Shown piece by piece: positions 11,671 through 22,936 of a DNA stretch of 64,000 bases. The position numbers and the translations under genes are program-made. Source of the stretch: Diplonema japonicum (Eukaryota; Protista; Euglenozoa: Diplonemea); the NCBI GenBank assembly GCA_964019335.1, contig OZ025693.1, forward strand, positions 124,001-188,000. Reading direction: 5' to 3'. How positions within the stretch are numbered: the stretch's first letter is position 1; each line of letters starts with the position of its first letter. Below the pieces are notes generated by a model. It saw only the letters and a list, made by a program, of their open reading frames with translations. It was not told the DNA's origin and made no database searches.

Positions 11671-14610
11671 TCAGTGTTCCCGCGGCTGTATGAAAATAAT
11701 ACCGCGGGCGATTTGGGGATTCTTTCGCACTGCTTGGGACAAGCTTTGTGCTTTGGGTTGTACAAAAACCTTTTTAACATCTTTCTCTTTCTCGTCTTCG
11801 CTTTCAGAGTCAGCAAGGAGGTCAAGTGGCATGGACACGGGCTGAGGCATGCATGGCTTGATTTCGATGACACGTGGGGCTTTAGGCTTCTCCTCTTCAG
11901 GTGCCTGAGGCTTCTTTGCAGAAGCAACGGGCTTCTCCTCCGCAATTTCTTCCTCGTCTGGCTCGTCATTGGCTACGGACGATTTTCTTGAAGGGGACAG
12001 TTCCCCTTCGCTCCCCACGGACTTCCTTTTCTTCTTCTTTTTCTTTTTCTGCTCCACGCCCTCCTCTCCTCCCTCTCCGACAGACGTCACCGACTTCTTC
12101 TTCTTCTTCTTCCTAGGCGACGGAGTCTTAGGCTCACTGGACCCGTCCACCGCTTCACCCGTGTCAACAACAGGTCCTGGTGCCTCAATCGGCTTCACAC
12201 CAGCAGCCTCTGCCTTTTGCCCTTCAGCGGTAGGCTTCGCAGCTTCTTCCGACCCAAGAGCAGGAGCAGGGGGTGCCTCCGGTGTGACGTCGGATCGCTT
12301 CGCATCAGCAGCTTGAGGGGCCTCCGGTGGGGCGGGGGACGTGTCAACGACCTGTTTTTCAGGCGGCCTCTCAGCAGCTTCTGCTGCAGTCTGAGGTTGT
12401 GCGGGGGTCTCAGATTCTGTGTTCATTTCTTTCATTTCTTTTGGCGGTGCAGCAGGGGCCACATCTTGTGGCTTAACTGCTGCGGGTTCTTCTTTCGATT
12501 CTGGTGTGGCTCCAGGTGCGGGTGTAGGCTGCGAAGTTGCCTCCGGTGCCGGTGTGGTTGTTGTCTCGAGTGCTGGTGTCGACTGTGGTGCGCCCTCCGG
12601 TGCCGGCGTGGTTGTTTCAGGTGCGGGGGCTGTCTCAGATGCGGGTTCTGCAGGTACGGAGGTTGTCTCAGGTGCAGGTGTGGAGGTTTCCTTTGGTGCT
12701 GGCTCTGCCAGTGCAGGGGTTACCTCAGGTGCGGGTTCCGCAGCCTTCTCAAGCTCTTTCTTTCCCTCTTCGGGGTTCGGTGAAACAGGTACAGACTCGG
12801 ACAAAGGCGGTGCCGAAGAGGCAGGGGCCACTGTCAAAGAGGGTTTGCGCTCCATCTGCTGAACGGTATCCGGTAGGGGAGCAGCAGCAAGCTCTTCTAG
12901 AGGCTTTTCCGCGGGTGCCTTCGGCGGTGTGTACGGGACCTCATCAGGAGAGGGCAGGTTCGAAGAGTCGATCTCGAACTTGTGTTTCTTATACTCCTGG
13001 CTGATGATCTTCATCCTTTCTTCTGTCTTCTTCAGATACTCGCGGAGCTCCGTGGCTGCGAAGGCCCATTCCACCTGACTCGCAGGGATAGAATCGGTAA
13101 TATCGCATCTTGAGGTTCGTACAACAGCCTTCCACTCGCTGACAGGGAGGATCAACATGTTCTTCAGATAAAGAAGGCCACTGTTGAAGGAGGTGCTTGC
13201 CTTGGGGGTCTTGCTGATGGCCCCCTTGTTATGTTTGTTATACAAGGATATGGTATCGAAGACCTTGTAGTCTGGCGGGATGCTGATCTCCTTCACCGCG
13301 GTGGCCCATTTGTCGAGGATGGTGCCCGATTCAACATGCTCTGCGATTCTTAAGTGGCTGGAGTCGAAGGCGTTCATAAACTGCTCGTAGACGGTATTCG
13401 AAGAGTGCAGGAGGGACGTGATGACAGAGTTGTGCTTTTCCCGCTCTTCAATCACGACGTCTATGTTCTTCTCAACCTCCTTCGCGTACTGCTCTAGCAG
13501 GGATACGTTTGATGCCCAGTCCTGCAGCACTTCATCTCCTGGTTCTAATTTTCCCGCTAAATTACGTGCCTCCGATGTCAGAGCCACGTTGGCATCGGCC
13601 CAGTCCGCCTCGTCCAAGGCGCACACTGCGTGGAGAAAGTACCCTGCCCTGTTGAATTGTGTCGCTGCCTGAACCACGCGGGATGTACGCCTTGACAGTT
13701 TCGATTTGATGTTTTGTTGGTTAGCTTTGTATGCGTTCGACACATTGATCAGCAAGCTGTTTAGCATCTCGACGGTGCCTTGCTGTGTGAAGGCGGTCAG
13801 CGAGTCCATGGCGTTGGCCCACACTTTCAGCTCGGGGTACGCGCTGCTCTTTAACACCTCGCTTGCAGCTTTTTGTAATGGTTTCGTGAAGTTGTCGATC
13901 ATCCAGTCGTCGTGCATCATTTTTTGCGGGTCCTGCAGCTGGATGTCGTTCACCATTGCCGCCGTCGCCGCTTTCATGGCTGCGTACTCCACTGCAAGGC
14001 CCATCGCCTTGGTGTCCTCGACACCCGCTTCCAGTTGTTCTAGGATCGTCTTCATACGCTGTTCATTCTGTCTTACCTCCGCATTCATTTGTTTTATGGC
14101 GTCTGTGTTCGAAGGCGATGCCGCTCCTGTGTCTTGCGGGCCTCCTGCTTCGCTTAGCGCAGACAACATGCTTTCGATTTCCGGTTTACATCTTTGATAG
14201 TTTAGGGCGATGACCTCCTGTCCGTTGGCTTGTATAACACCTATTTTCCCCTTCTCTTCGAGGTCGGTCGTGCTCTGCCCTGCGATGTGGATTAGCTGCA
14301 TTGTGACGACTGCCTTTGCCCACGGGACGAGCTTTAGTGCTGATTCTGTGAATTTTAAATCCTCGTTCGTTGGGTCCTTCATGCTCTCCGTGTGCTGCTC
14401 CATCAGCAGGGCAGCGAGGTCGAGGTGCCTGTCGGTGAAACACTCGTGATAAAGACCGAGCATCTGGTTATCCAGCGCGTTCCTGTTCAACGCCTCCTTC
14501 ATCCTCTCCTCCTCACTCATCTTGTCAAAATGGTGCTTGAAAGTCTCGTCTCCAAAGGCGGACTCTGCTGGCATCAGCGCCGCTAACATCTGCGGGTCAA
14601 GCTGCGCCAT
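11671..14610 (-). CDS. 979-aa protein of unknown function: helical N-half, Pro/Ala/Glu/Thr-rich repetitive C-half with poly-Lys NLS-like tracts
   Basis: Long uninterrupted ORF, A-tract directly before ATG as in neighbouring genes. Confidence 0.8.
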   Translation of the reverse strand: MAQLDPQMLAALMPAESAFGDETFKHHFDKMSEEERMKEALNRNALDNQMLGLYHECFTDRHLDLAALLMEQHTESMKDPTNEDLKFTESALKLVPWAKAVVTMQLIHIAGQSTTDLEEKGKIGVIQANGQEVIALNYQRCKPEIESMLSALSEAGGPQDTGAASPSNTDAIKQMNAEVRQNEQRMKTILEQLEAGVEDTKAMGLAVEYAAMKAATAAMVNDIQLQDPQKMMHDDWMIDNFTKPLQKAASEVLKSSAYPELKVWANAMDSLTAFTQQGTVEMLNSLLINVSNAYKANQQNIKSKLSRRTSRVVQAATQFNRAGYFLHAVCALDEADWADANVALTSEARNLAGKLEPGDEVLQDWASNVSLLEQYAKEVEKNIDVVIEEREKHNSVITSLLHSSNTVYEQFMNAFDSSHLRIAEHVESGTILDKWATAVKEISIPPDYKVFDTISLYNKHNKGAISKTPKASTSFNSGLLYLKNMLILPVSEWKAVVRTSRCDITDSIPASQVEWAFAATELREYLKKTEERMKIISQEYKKHKFEIDSSNLPSPDEVPYTPPKAPAEKPLEELAAAPLPDTVQQMERKPSLTVAPASSAPPLSESVPVSPNPEEGKKELEKAAEPAPEVTPALAEPAPKETSTPAPETTSVPAEPASETAPAPETTTPAPEGAPQSTPALETTTTPAPEATSQPTPAPGATPESKEEPAAVKPQDVAPAAPPKEMKEMNTESETPAQPQTAAEAAERPPEKQVVDTSPAPPEAPQAADAKRSDVTPEAPPAPALGSEEAAKPTAEGQKAEAAGVKPIEAPGPVVDTGEAVDGSSEPKTPSPRKKKKKKSVTSVGEGGEEGVEQKKKKKKKRKSVGSEGELSPSRKSSVANDEPDEEEIAEEKPVASAKKPQAPEEEKPKAPRVIEIKPCMPQPVSMPLDLLADSESEDEKEKDVKKVFVQPKAQSLSQAVRKNPQIARGIIFIQPREH

Positions 14611-14802
14611 TTTTTGTTTTTTTTTTTTTTTTTTTTTCCCCTGCCAAAAGGTAGGTAAGACGAATCAAAAAAAAAAAGAAGAAGAAATTCGATAAAGTTT
14701 CGGTGTGCATAGGGGGTGCTCACTGTTCAGGAAGAAAATTCAAAGAAATGCACAGCAATGCTCCCCTTCATTCTTTTTTTTTCCTTTTTTTTTTTTCCTC
14801 TT

Positions 14803-16500
14803 CTAAATAGCGGTTACCTTTTGCAGCTTCTTTTTCTTCTTCCCGCTTCCCTGCGATTTTTTGTTTTCGGTCACGGGGGGCTCCTCCTCCCTTGTCTGCG
14901 TGAACTTCGGGAACAAGGTTTTTGCATCGTTGCTGGACCAACCACCCTTTTGAAGGGCCACCGGTTTGAGATGATTCCACTTTCCCGCAAGTAGCGCAGG
15001 GAACGATACCCCAGGTGTGGATAGGCGGTCGAAAATTGCAGCGGACGTTATAGGAAGGAAGGGGGAGAAGAAATGCGCAAGGATGTACAGCGCCTCAAGG
15101 AGAAGAAAAACAGTAACATCACGGTGGGGCTCGTTGCAAGGCAGCCAAGGTGCAGCGTCGGTGAGCCATTTATTGGCGTCACGGCAGCATTGCAATACCA
15201 CAGACAGCGCACTGCGTAGATCCCTCGCTTCGAAATGAGATTGTATCGCTGAAAATGCAGCATCGGCATCGAACGGCAACGCACAACCCTCCACCACCTC
15301 AACAGAGGGAACCACACCACAACAGAATCTCTCGCACAATGTGGCGCCGCGTTGCGAAAGATTGCCAATGGTATCCGCAAGAACTTGATTATGCGAGTCG
15401 ATGAGACAGCTTTCAGAGAATTTCACATCAGATCCAGATTCATGACATAGATAAAACCGAAGGGTGTCTACTGGATACGAGTTAATAAGGTGTTGCGGGC
15501 AAACTACATTCCCAATACTTTTCGACATTTTCTTACCGGTCGAATCGCACACGAATCCATGGGAATAAACAGTTTTAGGAAGGTCTAGCCCGGCTGACCA
15601 CAGCATAGCAGGCCAGTATATACAGTGAAACCGGGTGATGTCCTTTCCTACCACATGCATGTCAGCGGGCCACCATGGGTTTTGCTGTGTACACCCACCC
15701 GTGGCGGAGAGATAGTTTGTCAAGGCGTCGAACCACACATACATTACGTGACCGTGCTCCGTCCCGCTTGGTGTTGGAATTCCCCATGAAAAGGCTGTTC
15801 GTGATATGCAAAGGTCTTTTAAGGGTTTTTTGAGCATTTCTAAGACCTGGTTTCGGCTCTGCGAGGGTTTGATAAAATTCTCGTCGGCAAGGATGTGCTT
15901 CACAAGACGGGTTTGGTACTTTGAGAGCCTGAAGAAATAACATTCCTCCGTGACAGGTTTCAAATCTGCTCCGGTTGCAGGGTCTTTGTACCCTAGAAGC
16001 TCCGCTTCTTGTTGCGGGACGAATGTTTCTTCCTTCTCGTTGTACCAACCGTCGTATGTTGACAGGTAGATATCGCCGGATTTTGTGCAGGCTTCCCAGA
16101 GCTTTCTGCAGCATTGTTTGTGGATCTCGTCAGTGGTTCTAATATAAAAGTCGTGGGTGATGTTGAGGTGGGTGTTTAGTTTCTGGAACATCTCAGTGAA
16201 GACATCGCAGTACTCCTTCGGGTCCATTCCCGTTTCGTTGGCTCTGTTTGCTATTTTCTGTCCGTGCTCGTCGGAGCCTGTCAGGAAAAAGACCTCCTTC
16301 CCAGCGACCCTGTAGAACCTGGCGAAGACGTCGGCGAGAACTGCTTCGTACGCGTGGCCAACGTGCGGCTTCCCGTTGGTGTAGTTGATTGCAGTGGTGA
16401 TGAAAAACCTCCCCTCCGCTCCTTGCAAATTGACCCCACCATGTTGGTGCTTTATCCGGTCGTTTTTGCGCACCGTGAGCAGTATTCTTGTAGGGCGCAT
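14803..16500 (-). CDS. MetRS: Methionyl-tRNA synthetase (bacterial/organellar type)
   Basis: FFITTAINYTNGKPHVGH (HIGH), GSDEHGQK, YVWFDAL, KMSKS; true start MRPTRILL at 16500 after A-tract. Confidence 0.95.
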   Translation of the reverse strand: MRPTRILLTVRKNDRIKHQHGGVNLQGAEGRFFITTAINYTNGKPHVGHAYEAVLADVFARFYRVAGKEVFFLTGSDEHGQKIANRANETGMDPKEYCDVFTEMFQKLNTHLNITHDFYIRTTDEIHKQCCRKLWEACTKSGDIYLSTYDGWYNEKEETFVPQQEAELLGYKDPATGADLKPVTEECYFFRLSKYQTRLVKHILADENFIKPSQSRNQVLEMLKKPLKDLCISRTAFSWGIPTPSGTEHGHVMYVWFDALTNYLSATGGCTQQNPWWPADMHVVGKDITRFHCIYWPAMLWSAGLDLPKTVYSHGFVCDSTGKKMSKSIGNVVCPQHLINSYPVDTLRFYLCHESGSDVKFSESCLIDSHNQVLADTIGNLSQRGATLCERFCCGVVPSVEVVEGCALPFDADAAFSAIQSHFEARDLRSALSVVLQCCRDANKWLTDAAPWLPCNEPHRDVTVFLLLEALYILAHFFSPFLPITSAAIFDRLSTPGVSFPALLAGKWNHLKPVALQKGGWSSNDAKTLFPKFTQTREEEPPVTENKKSQGSGKKKKKLQKVTAI

Positions 16501-17227
16501 TTTTTTTTTTTTTCTTTTTTTTTCTTTTTTTTTTTTGGACACGAGAAAAAAAAAAAAAGTTTTTTTTTTTTTTCCACATACAGAATGACAAGATGAAAAA
16601 TTGGAAAAAAAAAAAAAAAGCTCTCCCCCCCCCTCCCCCCGCGGTTCCATCGTTCTTTTTATTCTATTTTTTTAAAAAAAAATAAAAAAAGATAGAATGA
16701 AACAGAAATATGGACACACTTTTTTTTTTTTTTTTTTTTTTTTTGGAGTCACCACACACACGCACATTTCAGTTTGTCGCCCCCTGCCTCTTTCTCCTTC
16801 CCTTTCAGCAATTCTCGTCTCCCCGTTGTTTTCACCTCGCTTCTTCTTTTTATTTTTATTTTTCCTCTAAGAAAAGAAGGGGAAAACGGGAATGCAAGGA
16901 CAGAACAGAAAGAAAAAGGAACACAGAACAAAGGGGCGATGGAGAGAAGAAAGCCTTTTTTTTTTTTTCTTTTTAAAACCAACGCGCCTTGCAGGGAGAA
17001 AGAATAGAGGGACAAAAATAATAATAGGGAGCGAGACTAGAAAGAAGAAGAAAAAAACATTAAGGTCCATGACCTGGACCTTTTCTATCCTTAAAAGGAA
17101 ACAAAATGAAGAGGAAAAAAAAAAGAAAGTACTATAAAACAAATACAGACGGAGGATTGCTTTTTTTTTTCTCTTCTTTTTTCTTTTTCTCTTTTTTTCT
17201 TGGGGGATGTTCAAAAAGAAACAAGAC

Positions 17228-17261
<34 letters not shown>

Positions 17262-17359
17262 AGTTTGGCGCTCCATTTGTTTGTGCGCACGAGCGGAATT
17301 TACCTAATAAAATAGCTCATTACGCTGCCATCAACTAGTTTTTAGTCTCGACAATAATA

Positions 17360-17396
<37 letters not shown>

Positions 17397-17432
17397 GAAC
17401 TGAAAAACAGTTTTTTTTTTTCGTTTTTTTTT

Positions 17433-17665
17433 TCAATCATTTCCAGCAAGTACGTACTCAGCCTTTTTTTTTTTTTTTTTTTTTTTTTTTCATTCTTAAA
17501 AAAAAAGGAACACACCTCCCGCTTGCACTCCCCAGTAGCAAGGTCCAAGCTGTGGATGTAAAGGTGCCCGTCCATGGTAGCAACGAAGACCCGTTTAGAA
17601 TCCTTTGAAAGGGCAACTACGTTAGATGTGTTGGCTGCTGGTGACTGAAGAAAAAAAAAAGTTGT

Positions 17666-17704
<39 letters not shown>

Positions 17705-20134
17705 GAATCATAATTCTAGAAGAGCCTGAACGGAACGGAGACTATGAAACAAGCAGTGACGACGACCGGAGAATACTTCCTACTCCTGAGAGCACACGGG
17801 CAACTCGAAGGGAAAGACCAAGCAAGCCCTTCCAGCCAGCAGAGAGCCTCAGACAACGAGGACTCCAGATGGACAGGATCGCGATAGCGGAGTACAGCCA
17901 CAAGGAGCTCCACTACCGGGTCCACTACGCAAAAGAGGGCAAGAAGCGAGATCTCAGAGCAGACGGGGTGGAAGTAGGCAAAAACAAAGGATGGCACCCC
18001 AGCCTCATCTTGTACAAGAAGCACAAGACCGAGGAAGCAGAGGAGGGCCACCCGAGGCACAACAGAGGACATGGACAACCTCCCCAACGCAGCAGCAACA
18101 ACAGTAACAGCAGCAGTAGCAGCAGCAAAGACAGTAGCGACAACAGAAAGTAAAGAAGAAGACATCAGTATCTCCCCCCCCCTTCCTGCTGTTCTACTTC
18201 GGGTGGATCAAGCGTCTGAAGAAACAACAGATTTTTCTGATTTTTCTAGTTTCTTTTCATCATTATTCTGTGTTGGTCACCGATCACACCAACACCGGCT
18301 GAGGAAGACGCAGTGCAACTTGCTGGAAATGGTGGCAAAACGAGACCGGCTTCTCCAGGACAAGAGAATGCTAGAAACATACACACACGACGCACCCCTG
18401 GAACAGATAACGGAAGGAAACGCTCATGCACACCACCTGAGTGGTAGGAGCTGAAGAAGCACGTGAGCGGGAGCCTGATGATGAAGCAGGGAGAAGACAT
18501 TATCAAGTAGCTCAGGAATCTAAAGTAGTACGACGGACCGAGGAAGACGAGTCACCACAATGGAACTCGTACTAGACTTCGAGAACAGGGAAAGGGGTAG
18601 ATAAGTAGAGATAAGTAGACAAGGACGTTCCAGAACAGGAACCTCCTCTATCTCATCTCTTATTCTGTGTTTATTCATCACAGTGTTGATGGGCTGTCCT
18701 GTGGAAAGAAGGGTCAGAGTTTTGAATTCCTGTGTGGTAGAGTGGTTACCGTGCTCACCTGTCAGTCCCCCTTGTTTCAGGAGTCGCGGGTTACAGTGGT
18801 TTTTTCATCAGGGTTCGAACCCCACTTGTGCTGTGTTTTTTCCACCGGAGCTGCTTCATACCAAAAAAATTTTTATTACAAAAAAAAATTCCATATGTCG
18901 AACATTGGGCCCCGGACGCAAATAAATCCATTCCAGCCCTAGAAAAAGCAATTAGAAATTTTTTTAGCTCTTCAAAATGCGGGTTCTGGTGGGTCACTTA
19001 GCGAATATAGAGCGTTTTTTTTTTCGAGTCAACGGATTGACCCAGTTTCTGAAAAAGTGAGATAAAATTACTTACTTGCTACTTCTTCTTCTTCTTCTTT
19101 TTTTTTTTTTTTTTTTTGTCTTACCTGAAACTGAGCCCAACTGCGCTCCGCTTGGTACATATTCCGCATAGTGTCGCCTACCGTACCGGGTCCATCAGCA
19201 CCTGTGGACCCGTCTACAGAAGCTGAGTCACACCGCCATATGTGAATGGTCGATTTGTTAGAAGTGCAGACAAGCAAGGAGGCGGTCACGTTAAAGGAGA
19301 GGGAATAGACGGTGGCAGGAGACGACCCACGGCGGAGGGCGTAAAGAAGGGGTGCTTCGCTCTTCCCTTGGGGAGAGATTGAAAACACCCGGATAACGGT
19401 CCCCTTCTGAGACGCCGTCGCCAATTTTGTACCGCAATTGCTTATAGTCAAAGCAGCAAGAAGGGTCTTGTGGGCCCTTATTACGTGAATGCTTTTCGCG
19501 GTAATGGCGTCCACAACAGTAACATCTCCGCACCCAGGCGAGACACTTTTCGGGTAAGCCACCACACTCCCCTCATCGCACATCGACAGTGCTCCGAGGC
19601 CCTTGGGGTTGCTTTCTGTGTCAATGATGTGGAGGGGCGCCATTCGAGTCAGGTCGAAGATGTGTAAGCATTTTTCTAGTATTACGACCAATCTCTTTTT
19701 GTTGAGCTTCACTGATAGTACGGTGTCTTGAAAGCTTATGTCGCAGATGTTGCGGTCTTCGTGTGTGTTGAATAGGTGGAGTTGCCTTTTTTTTTTTTTT
19801 TTTTTTTTGTAATGTATTATAAAAAGGTACCTTGGTGAGTGAGACGCCCCTGCACCTACAATTGCCAGCAGACTGGTCCGGTATAACATGCTTACGGCAC
19901 GCATTCCTCCCTCTTTTTTTTTTTTTTTTTTTTTTTTTCTTTTTGCGAATTTACCTATTTTCTTCTCGTAACATTTTCGCACTGGGTCTGTGATATATAT
20001 TTTGTACCCTTTGTCTGTTCCCACTGCTAAACAGCTGTTTGGTGGGGGGTTTTTTTTTCCTTTTTTTTTTTTTTATACCTGCAATCTTGGTTGAATGACA
20101 GACATTTAACTTGTGTGTTCCATCGTGAGGCCAT
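17433..20134 (-). CDS. ATG18: ATG18/WIPI PROPPIN beta-propeller, 5 introns (one 1.48 kb)
   Basis: Spliced MASRWNTQVKCLSFNQDCS|CLAVGT...; AHKT..., LATASQKGTVIRVF, LRRG phosphoinositide motif; last exons at 17433-17644 give VFVATMDGHLYIHSLDLATGECKRE|AEYVLAGND*. Confidence 0.9.
17705..19070 (+). mobile_element. Degenerate antisense insertion inside ATG18 intron 4
   Basis: Non-homopolymeric, partly coding-like + strand sequence with frame-broken ORFs and CAG/CAA repeats, lying within intron 17645-19124; element class and exact ends not determined. Confidence 0.5.
18728..18823 (+). pseudogene. tRNA(Asp)-like relic / SINE head
   Basis: TCCTGTG-TGGTAGAGTGG (A-box), ctGTCa anticodon-like loop at 18759-18764, GGTTCGAACCC (B-box) at 18812-18822; acceptor stem does not close. 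Confidence 0.4.
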
Positions 20135-20354
20135 TTCCCCCCCTCTTCCCTCCCCCCTTTTTTTGTTTTTTTTGTTCTCCCTCCCCCTTCTCCTTTGGAA
20201 GTAATTGAGAAAAGAAAAAAAGGGGTGGGAACTCGATTATGTAAAGAAACCTGTACCCCTTCGGTACCGTACTCTTCTTGGGGGGTTTTTTTAAATTTGT
20301 GGTGTTTTTTTTTATATAGTTTGTTTAGAGGGGGGGTGTAAATTAATTTTCCCC

Positions 20355-20618
20355 TCAAGGACCGAAGCCGGTCCCCCACTTACCGAAGTGCTTGCCGTCC
20401 CAGTCCCCAGGGTGTTTGACGAGAGTAGCCAGAGGGGGCATTGTGAAGTGGCGCGGTTCAGGGAGGATCACAGTGGGTTCTGTGTTGTAAACATCAACCT
20501 GTTTTTTTTAATTTATTTCTTCTTTTTCCCCTCCCCCCTTCCATACATGGGGCGCTGGCTTTGGAGTTGGGAGCCCTGACAGCACACGAGCACCAGGAAG
20601 ACCAAACTTCGCCGGCAT
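20355..20618 (-). CDS. 71-aa microprotein, family A copy 1 (1 intron)
   Basis: MPAKFGLPGARVLSGLPTPKPAPH|VDVYNTEPTVILPEPRHFTMPPLATLVKHPGDWDGKHFGKWGTGFGP*; intron 20499-20546. Confidence 0.8.
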
Positions 20619-20974
20619 GTTATACTTTTGTATAAAATATTTTTTTGTTTTTTTCTTCTTTTTTTTTGTGTGTAACTGTACAAAGATTTAGTTTGCTCTT
20701 TTTTTTTTTTTTTTTTTTTTTTTGCTAAATTCCAAAAATAGGGGGAGAATATTTGTTTGTTTACTTTTTCTTTCTTCGCAAAAAGGGAAGGGGGGGGGGG
20801 GGTGTTTTCTTTTTTGTTTCTGGTTTTCTTTTTGTATTCTTTTCCTTTTTTTTTTTCGTTCTAGTGTAAATGTAGAAAAAGAAAGGCAGGGAGGGGGAGA
20901 TAGGGAGGAGAACAAAAAAAAGGGAGGGACAAGGATGGATAGGAGTACAAGTATTTTTTTTTTTTTTTTCTTTT

Positions 20975-21221
20975 TCAAGGACCAAATCCAGCACCCCACT
21001 TGCCGAAATGTTCGTGATCCCAGTCACCTGGCTGCTTTACTAGAGTGGCCAGAGGAGGCATTGTGAAATGGCGCGGCTCAGGGAGGATCACAGTGGGGTC
21101 AGTAGAGTAAACATCAATCTGTTTGGGTGGGTGTTGAGAAGGGGGGGAGAAATAATACCTGAGGGGCCGGCTTGGCCATCGGCATGCCTGCTAGCACCTT
21201 TGCACCTGGAAGGCCCGGCAT
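20975..21221 (-). CDS. 68-aa microprotein, family A copy 2 (1 intron)
   Basis: MPGLPGAKVLAGMPMAKPAPQ|IDVYSTDPTVILPEPRHFTMPPLATLVKQPGDWDHEHFGKWGAGFGP*; many synonymous differences from copy 1, same intron position. Confidence 0.8.
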
Positions 21222-21683
21222 TTTTTTTTTTTTTTTTTTGATAAAAAAAAAAGGGTGGTGAAAACCTATATTCAACTATTTCCCCTCGCCCCTACTGTAA
21301 ACGAAAAAGAAAATTGTCACTTTGGTGAGAATTTGTTTATGTCTCCTCCTTCAGCAGTGTCTTGTGGGTAAATGCGTATCCTCCAGACAGTGGGGCAAAA
21401 AAAAAAAAAGGTCCACTGCCTCGCGGTCTTGAGCTTTTTCTATTTCGACGAAATCCTTTCATTTTACAGTTTTTCCCCTCCCCCCCCCAAAAAAAAACAG
21501 GCAGAACCCATTCAAAAAAAAAGAAGAACAATATAAAAAAAAGAAAAGAAACAGCTGCCACTGACAGATACAGTTATTCTTTAAAAAAAAAAAGATTTTT
21601 TTGGGCGGGGTGGGATATGAAGTGTAAAATATGTGTGTATTTTTATTTTCTTTTTTCTTCCCCTGATGGTTGTTTTTAGCAGC

Positions 21684-21943
21684 TCAAGGACCGAAGCCGG
21701 TCCCCCACTTACCGAAGTGCTTGCCGTCCCAGTCCCCAGGGTGTTTGACGAGAGTAGCCAGAGGGGGCATTGTGAAGTGGCGCGGTTCAGGGAGGATCAC
21801 AGTGGGGTCTGTGTTGTAAACATCAACCTGTTTTTTTTATTTCTTCTCCCCCCCCCCCCCCCCTTCCATACATGGGGCGCTGGCTTTGGAGTTGGGAGCC
21901 CTGACAGCACACGAGCACCAGGAAGACCAAACTTTGCCGGCAT
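21684..21943 (-). CDS. 71-aa microprotein, family A copy 3 (1 intron)
   Basis: Exons near-identical to copy 1 (E>D change); flanks diverge immediately outside ATG/stop. Confidence 0.8.
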
Positions 21944-22020
21944 TTTTTATATTCTCTCTCTTTTTTTTTTTTTTTAAATTAGTGTATGCCCTTTTTTTTT
22001 TTAAGGTCGTCAATCTGCAA

Positions 22021-22058
<38 letters not shown>

Positions 22059-22244
22059 AGCGAGAGGAAAAAGGTAGCATCCCACCCCTTACTTATTTTT
22101 TTTCTAATGGTTCGACAAAACCATCGAGATCATAAAAGGAAAGGTGCACCAAAGGGGAAAAAAAATAGCTATTTACTGCCAACAAGTAATGACTTTACCG
22201 TTACCTCGAGGTCGGTAAAGCATTACTTGGCGGTAGGTAAGTGG

Positions 22245-22864
22245 TTTTATTTCACGACACTCTGAAATTACTTCACCACGAGGGGCACAACAGGGTGACA
22301 AGGGGTACAACAAGAGGGTTACAAAGGTTACAATACAAGTTGTTTTCCCTCCTTTTGTTGACTAAGAGCTGCCGCTGTCGCTGGCATTGCCACTGTCACC
22401 ATCTCTAATCAGGCCTTCCCATACCTGGCGCGGCCGCTGGCTCCTTTTTTTCTGCTGCTTCGGTATTTTGAAGTCATTTGGGGAGCTTGGGTAAGCTGAC
22501 TAAGTTACCCTTACCCACAGAAGAGTTACCCCCAGAAACTGGGAACAAGGCCTAGCCAAAAGTGGGCAAATTGGGAGGAAAAAGTAGTCCAACTTGGAAC
22601 TGAGCCGAGGCAAAAGTTGGCCAAGTGAGCTGAACCTGGGGGGAAATAGCAAACTGAGAGGAAAAAGTAGCCCCACTGGGAACCGAACCGAGGCAAAAAT
22701 TGGCCTACCGAGGCATTTTATTTAACGGAAACCCCCTATTACTTCACGGAAAACAGGCCATTATTTCACCGTGAAGTAATGAGATTTAGCGTGAAGTAAT
22801 GAGATTTAGCGTGAAGTAATGGGCCCCCCAGTGCGTGAAGTAATTTCTGAAGAGTGAAATAAAA
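22245..22864. mobile_element. MITE-like non-autonomous DNA element
   Basis: Imperfect about 30-bp TIRs (ttttatttcac..gaaattacttcac / gtgaagtaatttc..gtgaaataaaa), multiple subterminal GTGAAGTAAT motifs, internal about 60-bp direct repeat, no ORF. Confidence 0.6.
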
Positions 22865-22936
22865 AAAAAATGCGAGATGGTATGGGGGGGAAGGGGGGGG
22901 GAGGGAGATGGATGGATTTTTTTTTTTTTTTTTAAA

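Noticed and set aside
18445-18500. CTGATGA hammerhead-like core
   Set aside because: No matching GAAA and flanking stems found
22771-22845. Short repeats resembling a CRISPR array
   Set aside because: Spacers are identical and only about 10 nt; eukaryotic context; no cas genes
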